64,000 bases of DNA from Octopus sinensis (Eukaryota). The stretch is taken from contig NC_042998.1 in the NCBI RefSeq assembly GCF_006345805.1, positions 121,954,001 to 122,018,000 on the forward strand, in the 5' to 3' direction. Below the pieces are notes generated by a model. That model saw only the letters and a list, made by a program, of their open reading frames with translations. It did not search any database and was not told the origin of the DNA. Of this stretch, positions 1 through 11,365 are shown piece by piece. The position numbers and the translations under genes were made by a program. Position 1 is the stretch's first letter. Every line of letters begins with the position of its first letter.

Positions 1-479
1 AAATTATTTAACTTGCATGATATGATGTTTTATATATAAAAATATATATATATATATATATACTATTATCAAACCCAAACTGTTATATTTAATTATTTGT
101 CATGCTGGACTGCTGAAATCTACAAGTTTTTTTCATTCTCTCTCTGTTTATTTTCTCTTATTCCTTTCTAACCTTCCCAAGTGTCAAACTATTACACTTG
201 CTTGTTGTTGTTCATACACCTGCCTTCGTCTTTAGTTTTTCTATAAATTTCAACTAATATCTCTTTGCAACTCCTACTGATCATTCTTTCCTTCCTTTAC
301 TAAATGTGAATAAACTTGCAACTCTTCTACAAGAACCTGCTCTGCACACCATTTCCCACATACTTATTTAACCCTTCATTTCCCTAGCATGAAACTGATT
401 CCCTCCCTTGGGGTTGGTTGTCTTGCAAGCTGCATGGCAACCCCAAAAGGAACTGTAAATCCAGAGTTGACATCTGCTC

Positions 480-1185
480 TTCTCTCCATTCTTGTGAACT
501 CATTTCACCCTTTTTGGATAGACTTGTGACTGGTGATGGAAAATGGATCTTCTATCGAAATGTTAAACGTCATAAACAGTAGCTTGGTAAAAGGGAAAAA
601 GCTCAATCACAACTGAGAAGGGAACTTCATGGAAAAAAGGTTCTTCTCTCTATCTGGTGGGATTGCAAAGGAGTTAATTCACTTTGAATTGTAACCACCA
701 AATGCAACGATCAATGCTCAAGTCTACTGTCAGCAATTAGAGTGTTTGAACCAAGCTTTGATGGAAAAAAGACCCGCTTTAGTGAATCGAAAAGGAGTGA
801 TGTTCCATCAGGACAATGTGCAATCCCACACTGCAAAGATCACATCACTGAAGATCAAAGAGCTTGGTTTGGAAAAAATTCCTCATCCACCTTATTCTCC
901 CGACCTTGCTCCTTGAGACTACCATTTGTTTCGTAGTTTACAGAATCATTTGGGGGAGATAACTTTTGCAAACCAGGAGGAGGTCGAAACTGAGATTTCA
1001 GAGTTCTTCACTTTGAAACCAAAAGGGTTTTACATTGAAGGGATTAAAAAGCTTGTAAATAGATGGAAGGAAGTTCTAGATAATGAGGGACAGTACATTG
1101 ATAATTAAATTTCAATTAAATATAACATTTGATCACTTGTTTTCTTTATTCAAAATTTGGATGGAACTTACGGGATGACCTGATA
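480..1185 (+). mobile_element. Mariner (DD34D) transposon, 3' part with decayed transposase and right TIR
   Basis: Translation gives LVTGDGKWIFYRN, LLSIWWDCKG, FHQDN, PHPPYSPDLAP*DYHLFRSLQNHL...NRWKEVLDNEGQYIDN* (stop at 1108), with stops and frameshifts. TIR-like GAACTTACGGGATGACCTGA followed by TA at ~1164-1185. Confidence 0.9.
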
Positions 1186-1948
1186 TATCATTCCAGCAGG
1201 AAATCAGATTGGTATTACAATCCTTTTTATTCTCATATAATGAATTAAAGTAGCCATGGGGTGGAAAGCACATTCTCTGACAAAATGATGAAAAAATAGA
1301 AGAAAATCAAACGGAGACCACTCAGAATTTATTGAAAAAATGTAATAAAAACACAGTTTCTTTATGACTTTTCTGTCATATCTCAAATGATTCAATTTTC
1401 TATTGTATTCTTGTGTATTTCAGAGAATAAATATTTTCTTGCTAATAAGATGGTCAAACTTATTCCACTCCTACTTTTGCTGTTTAGGTTAACAATCAAG
1501 TACCAATATTAAAGATTTGAAGAGATCATAGTTCACCAGACAATCAGTGGTTCCCATCTTGTCACAATAACTCAAGTTATTGGTGACAGTCAGTGGAAAA
1601 GACAGTTATTTATATTTATTTTATGTCATGCATTCTGTGAACAAAAGAGTTATTGGTTGCACGTTTCAAACAGGCCAATCAATTATTCACTGCATAAGAG
1701 AGAGAGAGGGGGGGAGAGAGAGGGGTAGGGAGAGAGAGAGAGGTGAGAGAAGGGAATCCCTGTACAACTTGACCTGAATAAATACAAGATATGTTTTCTT
1801 TCAATTCACTTATTTATGGGAAATTTTTAGCTGATGTAATATATCTTTCATTAGTCTGTATGTGTATATTTCTATATAAATGTTTATACATACAGACACA
1901 CACAGCCACACACACAGACATAGAATCATACATACACACACATACTCT

Positions 1949-4190
1949 CATCATCATCATCATCATCATCCTCATTTTACATCTGCTTTCCAAGCTGGCA
2001 TGTGTACTGGTGCACACATCATCAACACTGTTTAACATCTGTTTTCCATGCTAGCATGGGTTGGACAGTGTGACTGGGGTCTGGGAAGCCAGGAAGCTGC
2101 AGCAGGCTCCAGTCTGATCTGGCAGTGTCTCTACAGCTGGATGCCCTTACTAATGCCAACCACTCCGTGAGTGTAGTAGGTGCTTTTTATGTGCCACCGG
2201 CACAGGGACCAGAGGGGGCTGGCAACGGCCATGATCGGTTGGTGCTTTTTATGTGCCACCGGCACAGGTGCCAGTCAAGGCAACGCTGGTATTGGCCACT
2301 TTTGGATGGTGCTTTTTATGTACTACTGGTACAGGTATCACAACTACAATTTCTATTTGATTTTCATGTTGATGTACTTGACTCAATAGGTCTCCTGAAG
2401 CACAGCAAGTCACCCTACGATCCAAGGTACTTTTGAATGGGCTGGAGCTGGTTATGCAAAACTGGTGTAGGATACAGCCATGAACTCACTTTATTTGCCA
2501 GGTCTTCGCAGTCACAGCATATCTCCAGAGGTCTTGGTCTTTTGTCATTTCCTCTGTGAGGCCCAATATTTGAAGGTCATGCTTCACCACCTCATCCCAT
2601 GTCTTCCAGGGTTTACTTCTACCCCGGATTCCTTCAACTGTTTGGGAGTGGTACTTCTTCACACAGCTCTCCTCATCCATCTGTAGTACATGACCATACC
2701 AGCACAGTCGTCTCTCTTGCACGCCACATCCGATGCTTCTTATGTCCAACATATCTCTCAGGGCGCTTACACTCTGTCGTGTGTGCACACTGACATTATG
2801 CATCCAGCAGATCATACTAGCTTCATTTCTTTCAAGCCTATGCATGTCCTCTGCAGTTATAGCCCATGTTTCACTGCCGTGAAGCATGGCAGTTCGCACA
2901 CATGCATCTGAGCGAGAGGCCCTTTGTCACCAGTAGGGGTAGAAGCTTTCTAAACTTTGCCCAGGCTATTTGTATTCTAGTGGTAACACTCTCTGAGCAT
3001 CCACCTCCACTACTTATTTGGTCACCTAGGTAGTGGAAGCTATCAGCTACTTCTAGTTTCTCTTCCTAGAATGTGATGGAATCTGCTTTCTGAGCATCTG
3101 TGGTGTTTATTGCCCCTATGCATCTGCCACACACGGAAGCTATCTTCCCGGTTAATCTTACTTTGATCTTGCTGCACCTCTTTCGTGTCCATAGCTTAAA
3201 CTGGGTACATCTCATGGAGTTTCTACCTACATCTTTTCTACAAGTTGAGCAGGGCCACCTACCTGAGGGTGTGTGTGATGTTTTTACCTTCCTACTTACT
3301 AGAACTTTGGTCTTTGCTACATTTACTCTAAGGCCTTTTGATTCTAAACCTTGCTTCCACACCTGAAATTTCTTCTCTACTTCTGGTAGTGATTCTGCTA
3401 TGAGGGCCAGGTCATCAGCATAGAGGAGCTCCCAGGGGCAACCTGTCTTGAATTACTCTGTTATTGTCTGGAGGACTATGATGAATAAAAGGGGACTGAA
3501 GGCTGATTCTCAGTGGACCCATACTTCTACCCGGAATTCTTCACTATACTCATTGCCAATCCTAACCTTACTAACGGCCTCTCTGTATATGGTGTATACA
3601 GCCCTTATTAACCATTCATCAATCCCCAGTTTCCGCATTGCCCACCAGATAAGGGATGAGGGACCCTGTCAAAGGCTTTCTCCAAGTTCACAAAACGCTA
3701 AGAATAGGGGTTTATCTTTAGCTAGGTATTTCTCCTGCAGTTGTTGAACCAGGAATATAGCATCAGTGGTACTGGCACAAAACCGAACTGCATCTCATCT
3801 AAGCAGACTCTCTCCGTGACCTTCATCACTTGATCCAGCAGTTTGATACCCCTGTAGTTATTTCTATCTAGAGCATCACCTTTACACTTGTAGCAGTTGA
3901 CTATGGTGCTGCTATGCCAGTCATTGGGTATGACTCCATCATGAACTACCTGGTTTACAATACGAGTGGCCATAGCCCACACCACCAGATGTTTTAAGTA
4001 TCTCAGCAGTGATTCCTGATGGGCCGGGGGCTTTTCCTGGCTTCATACCCTTAATTGCTTTATCTACCAGGGAGCTGTCTATTTGATAGCTGGTCCCTCT
4101 ACTGGGTCAACATTTGGCAGGCTCTCCTCCTCCCATTCATTCTCCACATTCAGTAGTCTTTCATAATGGCACACATAAATGCAATAGCAT
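1949..4190 (-). mobile_element. 5'-truncated RTE-clade LINE (decayed RT, 3'UTR, (GAT)n tail)
   Basis: Minus-strand ORF pieces RGIKLLDQVMKV..DEMQFGFVP, QGLESKGLRVNVAKTKVLV, RTAMLHGSETW, RRLCWYGHVLQMD..GRSKPWKTW. 3'UTR with 62-66 bp subrepeats and (CAT)n on the + strand at 1949-2025. Confidence 0.9.
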
Positions 4191-4465
4191 CTGTAAAATA
4201 TTTGTCAACTAAATTTCACTTACAGGTCACTGATCAACCTTAAACTATGTTAGAAGTTACTTGCTCAAAGTGATGTTTAGTGGAATTGAACTCCAAACTG
4301 CATCACTGCAAAGTGTACTTTTAAACCTCATAGCCATGATCATTCACTCAATGGTTAATTGCACCTATCCCTAAATAGATTATTGTTGATTAGCACCAGG
4401 TCAGCCTTCATCAAGGAAATCTACGATATTTGCCATTGAGTCATAACCTTAATGTCTCTTTTTCA

Positions 4466-4780
4466 GACGTAAAAAGCACTATCCGACTCGTGGCCGATGC
4501 CAGCACCGCCTCGACTGGCTTCCGTGCCGGTGGCACATAAAATACACCAATCTGACCATGGCCGTTGCCAGCCCCGCCTGGCACCTGTGCAGGTGGCACG
4601 TAAAAAGCACCCACTACACTCACGGAGTGGTTGGCGTTAGGAAGGGCATCCAGCTGTAGAAACATTGCCAAATTAGACTGGAGCCTGGTGCAGCCTTCTG
4701 GCTTCCCAGAACCCCGGTCGAACCGTCCAACCCATGCTAGCATGGAGAACGGACGTTAAACGACGATGATGATGATGATG
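4466..4780 (+). mobile_element. RTE 3'UTR-only copy (truncated LINE or SINE-like), little diverged
   Basis: Reverse complement of the 2020-2330 type sequence; ends CCAACCCATGCTAGCATGGAGAACGGACGTTAAACGACGATGATGATG. Confidence 0.85.
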
Positions 4781-5022
4781 AAATGTATCTAGGAGTACAT
4801 TAACAAATATATATCTGTGTATTTTTCAGAGAGACTTTGTAATTTATGTGAGATTTAACTGCTATTTTTTGCAGCTCAACTTCTGGTTTGTTTCTCTCTC
4901 TCCAAATAGGTTTTCCTTGTTTAGCTCCAGATCAAACCTGATCAAACAGACCCTGTAGTCAAAGGGAATCTTATTAATCTTAAGCATGAGGATCTAGAAC
5001 TTCTTTCTTTGGGTTCTCAACT

Positions 5023-5134
<112 letters not shown>

Positions 5135-5364
5135 TGCCCTAAGTAATTGAAAAGTGGTTGGAAAAGATAAACATAAAATTGAAAATAGTGCACATCCAGA
5201 AAACAACATTATTTGGTAGTGCAAAGAAATCACGGAAAAGTCCTTAAGACTTAAAAGAACACACCACCTTAGTTCATAACTGATACATTAATGACTCCTC
5301 CAGCAATAAGCTAAGTATGTCAGATATTATAATAACAATGATTTTCTTTTCTTTCTACTATAGA

Positions 5365-5505
5365 CACAGTGCCTGAAATTTCAAGGGAGGGGGTCTAGTA
5401 TATATATTGAACTCGATGCTCAACTGGTACTTATTTTATTGACAAAAAGATTAAAGGCTAAGCTCACCTTGGCAGAATTTGAGCTCAATAATAATAATAA
5501 TAGTA
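5365..5505 (-). mobile_element. SINE family A fragment (CORE-like)
   Basis: CTCAACTGGTACTTATTTTATTGAC...GGCAGAATTTGAGCTC is the reverse complement of the 37703-37918 SINE body. Confidence 0.7.
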
Positions 5506-6590
5506 TTAGTAAATATCTTAAAACAACAAATGACTGGATACTAAAACTCATTGAAAATCATGAGAGGTTAAGAAACTTCATTTTATCTTGGAGGAAGGCA
5601 AAAGATTTGGCACTGATTTCATGAATGATAACCCAGGCTGAACAGCCTGAGGGAAGTGTGGTAACTGTTGTTGCAAAGAAACTAAAATTAATAGCAAAGA
5701 AAAAAAATGTTTGAATAATTGTCTAGTAGGAGGGGGCAGAAATTGCTGCATGGTAAAAATGCAACCTGTAACTAACATACTGATGTTGACCAGAAGCATA
5801 CCTGTCAGTGGCTATGGAGCCCACAATGAAAGGCAGAAAGTGAAAGCTTCATCTTAGCTGTCAATATCAAATCTTATTGACCTGGAACTACTAATCCAAT
5901 GTGATGAAAAATGGAATATATCCAAAGTGCTGAATCTGCAATGCTAAAAAAATGGAAGTCAAAGTTAACCTCAACAGGATTTGCATTTAGAGTGCAGAGG
6001 TCCAGAATGAATACCACAAGACATTCTATCCTATACTCTAATAAATCTGCTGTCTCACCCTCTTAATTTAGGACACATTATCTAATGTGTTTTTTCTGTC
6101 CTTCAGACACTAGGGTGTGATCTGAGAGAAATTTAACTGCTATTTCTTGCACATCATACATACCAAACAGCTATATGCACACAAACTCCCTTGTTGATGT
6201 GTGTTTCTATCTAAACAAGTAATAGAACGTAGCATAGTTTTCTGCTTCATGCAGTGGTAGCTATTTACAACTGGTGGTTATTTTGTCAGCTTGAAATGAC
6301 AGGATCAAATCAAGAGTCATGTTGAAAAAAGAAAAAAGGGTAAAAAGACACAGTGAAAAAAAATTACAGCCTTCTTAGAAAGAGAACTAAATCCAGACAT
6401 TAGGTTAGCAGCCTACATCTGTAAAACACACAGTGTAGCACTGCAACTCAATTGCACAAGAAGTTGTGTTTCCACCATTTGTGGTGCCACAGGGCATTTG
6501 GGATGGAACTGAAAATCAGAGAATTCAACTAGAAAATTCAATCATGAAGCAACAAATCTGTCATTCTCAAGCTGATGCTGTTAATATTTA

Positions 6591-6628
<38 letters not shown>

Positions 6629-7625
6629 CATCATTACTATTATTATTATTATCATCATCATCATCATTACTATCATCATCATCATCATTTTTATTAGATA
6701 TCATTATTTTAAATTTTTACTTTTTATTGGAGTGTATTATAGTTTAGAAGAATTCTTTGTGTGACCAAGCCCATGTGTGTGTGTAAGAGAGTGCACATAT
6801 ACCTGTGTGCTTGCGTAGGAGTGTATATGTTTTTATATACATATACATGCTTGTATGAGTGTGCGTGGGTGTATATATCTCTCTCTTTATATATGTATGT
6901 ATGTATGTATGTATGCATGCATGCATGTATGTATGTATACATATACACAAAAAATGTGTGTGTGTGTGCAAGATATAAGACAGTATGCGAGGTAGAGAGA
7001 GAAGGTGCATGAGAGAGAGAACATATGTGTGAGAGTGAGTGAGATGGAGAGTGCACGTTAGTGCTAGAGAAAGTATGTGTGAAAGAGAAAAGGGGAGAGA
7101 AAGAAAAAGGAGAGGTTAGGTTCATTTTGCTTCTGTAGTCGTTAACCTATCTCCAGCTGTTTTGATGCTAAAGTTAGTATATACCTTGCAGCTCTAAATA
7201 GCAGCAGTAGCAATGATGATGGGAGTGGTGATGGCGGTGGTAGTGATTGTATTGATGTGTTGATAGTGGTGATGGAATTGATGTGATAGTGGTACTGATG
7301 TGATGGTGGTAGTAGTAATGTGGTGGTGATGGGAATGGTGGTTGTGGTAGTAGTATCAGTGATGCAGAGCTAGTATTGGCCATTGTTGTCTATTTATAGC
7401 CCAAGGCAACAAGGACTGAATAAACCAATGGATCAAAGGCAGCCCAAACTTTGTGGGATGTCTAAGATAAAGTTGTTTAATGTGTCCTATATGTAATCAA
7501 AAGTATAAAACATTAAATAGCATATGATTCAAGGGATTTAGTTGCTACTTCTAGTAGGTCAAGTGTTCCATTTGGTGTTGTGAGTTGATAGTACTGGAGG
7601 TATTTATTCATATATATATATGCAC

Positions 7626-7788
7626 ACCGTATTTTAATGTGTATAAGGAACCCTTTTTTGTCAAAAATTAGGTTAAAAAATATGGGAGTTTCTTATTCAT
7701 GGATAGTATTATAATACCTCACAAAACCTTTTTTCCAAATTTTAAGCCCCCAAAATTAGGGGGTTCCTTATACATGTTAAAATACGAT
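7626..7788. mobile_element. MITE with 28-bp TIRs (Tc1/mariner, Tc2/Kanga-like end)
   Basis: ACCGTATTTTAATGTGTATAAGGAACCC (7626-7653) matches the reverse complement of 7761-7788 with 3 mismatches; 163 bp in total. Confidence 0.75.
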
Positions 7789-7802
7789 ATATATATATAT
7801 AT

Positions 7803-8165
7803 ATCATCATCACTATTGTCATCATTTAATATCTGCCTTCCATGGTAGCATGGGTTGGATGGTTTAACAGGAGTTGGACAGGCAGAAGACTGCACAAGAC
7901 TTCTGTGTCTGTTTTAGCATGGTTTTTTATGGATAGGTGCCCTTCCTACCACCAACCACCCCAGAGTGGACTGAGTGCTTTTTACATGGCACCATCACAG
8001 GCAAGGTCAGTTTCGGCATGGTTTTTACAGCAGGATGCCTCTCTCTGTGTGTGTGTGTGTGTGTGTATGCATAAATATATATGGGTTGGACGGCTTTACA
8101 AGAACTGGCAAGCTGTCCAACCCATGCCAGCATAGAAAACGGACGTTATATGATGATGATGATAT
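7803..8165. mobile_element. Two RTE-type 3'-end fragments in opposite orientation
   Basis: (CAT)n..CATGGGTTGGATGG..GGATAGGTGCCCTTCC (minus) and GTCCAACCCATGCCAGCATAGAAAACGGACGTTATATGATGATG (plus). Confidence 0.7.
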
Positions 8166-8186
8166 GTATACAAATATATATATATG

Positions 8187-8248
<62 letters not shown>

Positions 8249-9009
8249 TAAACTCATCTCATATATACATATATGAATCTATGAATCAATCTATCTATCT
8301 ATCTATCAATGTATCTATCTATATATAATGTAATAATATATATATCTTAATGTCATTAGACCTGTCCGAACCTCTCATCTCTCTGACACTTACTCTCCCT
8401 TCCAGAGTTGCAGTGATGTTGGTGGTGGTGAAGATAGACATTGATGAAGATAATGGTGGTGGGAGTAAGGTGGTAAGCAATAGTGTGGTGGTGGTGGTGA
8501 TGGTGGTGGTGGTGGGAGGAATCAATAATGGGATGTGTTGACAGAGATATGAAATGTACAAACTACTTGCAAACATGCACAGCTATTTAGATGAAGAATG
8601 CACCAAGAAATATCTGGGCTGATGCTGCTACTGCTGTTGTGAAAACAGATACGAGAAATACTGATGTATAAGCATGCACATGTGTGTGTGTATGTGTGTG
8701 TGTTTGTATAGGTATTTTATATAGGTGGGAGGATATTGAAGTAGAAGATGAGAGAGGAAGAAGAAAGTAAAGTGGAATGTTTATGCATGTGCATGCGTGT
8801 GTCTGTGTTGATTTATATGTGTGTGAGTGTGTGTTTATACAACTATACACACACCTCTATCCATATATCTATCTATCTGTCTATCTATCTATCTATCTTG
8901 TCATCGTCATCATCATCAATTAACGTCTGTTTTCTATACTGGCATGGGTTGAACAGTTTGACAGGAACTGGAATGCTAGAGGACTGCATCAAACTACAAT
9001 ATCTGTTAT

Positions 9010-9010
9010 A

Positions 9011-9052
<42 letters not shown>

Positions 9053-9215
9053 TAACATATTATGAATATAAATTATATATAGATAAATATGTGCATGTAT
9101 ATATACACACATATATTTATATTCATATATGTTATATATATATATACATATAAATATATGTATATATATATATATATATGTATATATATGTATTTATACA
9201 TATATATATATATAA

Positions 9216-9259
<44 letters not shown>

Positions 9260-9335
9260 ATATAAATATATATATGTATATATATATGTGTGTGTATATA
9301 TATATATGTGTGTGTGTGTGTGTATATATATATAT
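9010..9335. repeat. (TA)n/(TG)n compound microsatellite
   Basis: Direct reading. Confidence 0.95.
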
Positions 9336-9510
9336 CATATCTTTAAGATGTTATTAGACCTGTCCAAGTCTCTTATCTCTGACACTAAACTTCCCTTCCA
9401 TTTACAATATCATGCTGGCCATATTACAAGAGATGGTATTGGATCTGCCCATATTGCATTTCTCAACACCACCATTCTTATCCCTCTATCAGTCTTACCT
9501 ATCATGAGTA

Positions 9511-9547
<37 letters not shown>

Positions 9548-10744
9548 CACATGTGCGCATGTATATATGAAGTGGATTGCATCAGGTTAGCCTACAATCT
9601 ACCATCACTCTTTTTTGTACTGCCAGTCATCACTCCCTGTCTTTCCTGCAAGCCAGTTATCATTGGCATCTATCACTCACTCTCACCACTGTCCATCTCC
9701 ATTATTATTTATCTTTTGAACTCTCTCTCTCCTTCAACCATCCTCTCCTCCAAATCACTCCCTTTGAACATCATACTCTTGTTTGCTTCACCCATATATC
9801 ATAGTCTGTTCTTCCTATTCTGTTTACCTTCTTTCTCTTGTGTTGCTGTGAACAAAGCACAAACTGATGAATCTCTTCAATTTTCTGGGGTACAAGACAG
9901 CCTCACAAATGATGGTGCAATTATAATATGCATAGTACATCCTGTAAAGTGGTTTGTAAATGAACAAAGGCAAAGTGGATTTTCAAGTCCTCTTGCTGAG
10001 GACACGTAAACCTATATAATGCTTGTGTGACTGGATGCCTTCCTATCACCAATAGTGTGTACTGTTTTGTTGTACACACTATTGGTGATAGGAAGTACAC
10101 ACTGTTGGTGATAGGAAGGCATCCAGTCAAAGAAACTAAGCCAAACATGAGACATGAATGGGATGTAGTCCTCTAAATTACCTAGAAGAGCAGCAATTCC
10201 GAATAAAGACAAGATTCATAACCTACCAAGCTCATGCCAACATAGGAAGCAGGTGTAAAACAATGATGAGGAACATCCCACAGCTGCATACATATATTCA
10301 ATGCATATCTACATAAAGAACTCTAAATGCTAATAGCACAGGAAGAAAGGTTATATGGTTTAATCCATCTTTCAGGAAGAAACATGCACCCTCCACCACA
10401 TGCAATTCCTCACCTCCATGCAATTGTTTTACATGAAGAACATGACCTCAAAGGAGTATTGTCTGCTGTACTGAAGTCTTCAGTTTATTCATAATGCCAT
10501 CAAAGAAAATTCATCCTCAAAGTCTACTGGATGATACTGATCGTTTTTCTAAATAACTATGATGATATTCATACATCTGCACCTTTTACCATCTCATGCT
10601 TTATAAATATTCCATGTTGTACTTTACAAGGTTTTACAATTGCACACACACACACACATGCACATACATACATACATATATATTGTTTTTTTTTTTTAGA
10701 AAAATATAAAAATGGAGAAGAAGCCATAGGCCAACAAGTCTTAA

Positions 10745-10798
10745 GGTCTGATGATATGCCATAAAATTACTCATTATGGCGAGAAACTCAGGGTAACC
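10745..10798 (+). ncRNA. Decayed type I hammerhead-like motif
   Basis: GGT-CTGATGA-ta-TGCCATAA(loop)TTATGGCG-a-GAAA-CTCAGGG-TA-ACC: both core boxes, an 8-bp stem II, a GUA triplet and a 3-bp stem I. Confidence 0.5.
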
Positions 10799-10969
10799 CT
10801 ATAAACAGGCCTTCACCAGTACTAAATAAATATATATATATAAAGATAAATTAGATATAGAGACATACTATTGACAATCCAATAATTTATTTATATACGT
10901 ATATGAATAAATATATTTGTATAAATAAATATCTACATATAAATAAATGTAGATATGCATAATTGAATC

Positions 10970-11143
10970 ATCATCATCATCATTGTTTAACATCTGTTCT
11001 CCATGCTGGCATGGGTTGGATGGTTTGACTTGGGGACTGGCAAGCCAATGGGCTGCGCCAAGTTCCAATCAGATCTGTCAAAGTTTCTACAACTGGATGA
11101 CCTTCCAAACGCCAACCACTCCAAGAGTGTAGTGGGTGCTTTT
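10970..11143 (-). mobile_element. RTE 3'-end fragment
   Basis: CATCATCATCATTGTTTAACATCTGTTCTCCATGCTGGCATGGGTTGG...GTAGTGGGTGCTTTT. Confidence 0.85.
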
Positions 11144-11365
11144 GTAACACCAAAGATGAACTGAAGGCAAGGATCATGGCAGCATTCACCAACTTAAACA
11201 AGGAGACCGTCCAGAAGATTTGTAGGAGATTCCAAAGTTATCTGGAGGCTGTGGTTTAAGTCAATGGCAATTTTATTGAATATTTAATATTTCAAGATAT
11301 TTTTATGTAATTTTTGTAAATATATCTGTTAAAAATGAGATGTCAGTGTTATTCACTGCACCCTG
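11144..11365 (+). mobile_element. Right-end fragment of the DD37D Tc1/mariner element
   Basis: Matches 17770-18027 (AAAGATGAACTGAAGGCAAGGATCATGGCAGCATTCACCAAC...TTATTCACTGCACCCTG followed by TA). Confidence 0.85.

Noticed and set aside
8344-9400. About 60-bp direct repeat (8344-8404 and 9338-9400) after (TA)n tracts
   Set aside because: Short and diverged; most likely two copies of a dispersed repeat end.
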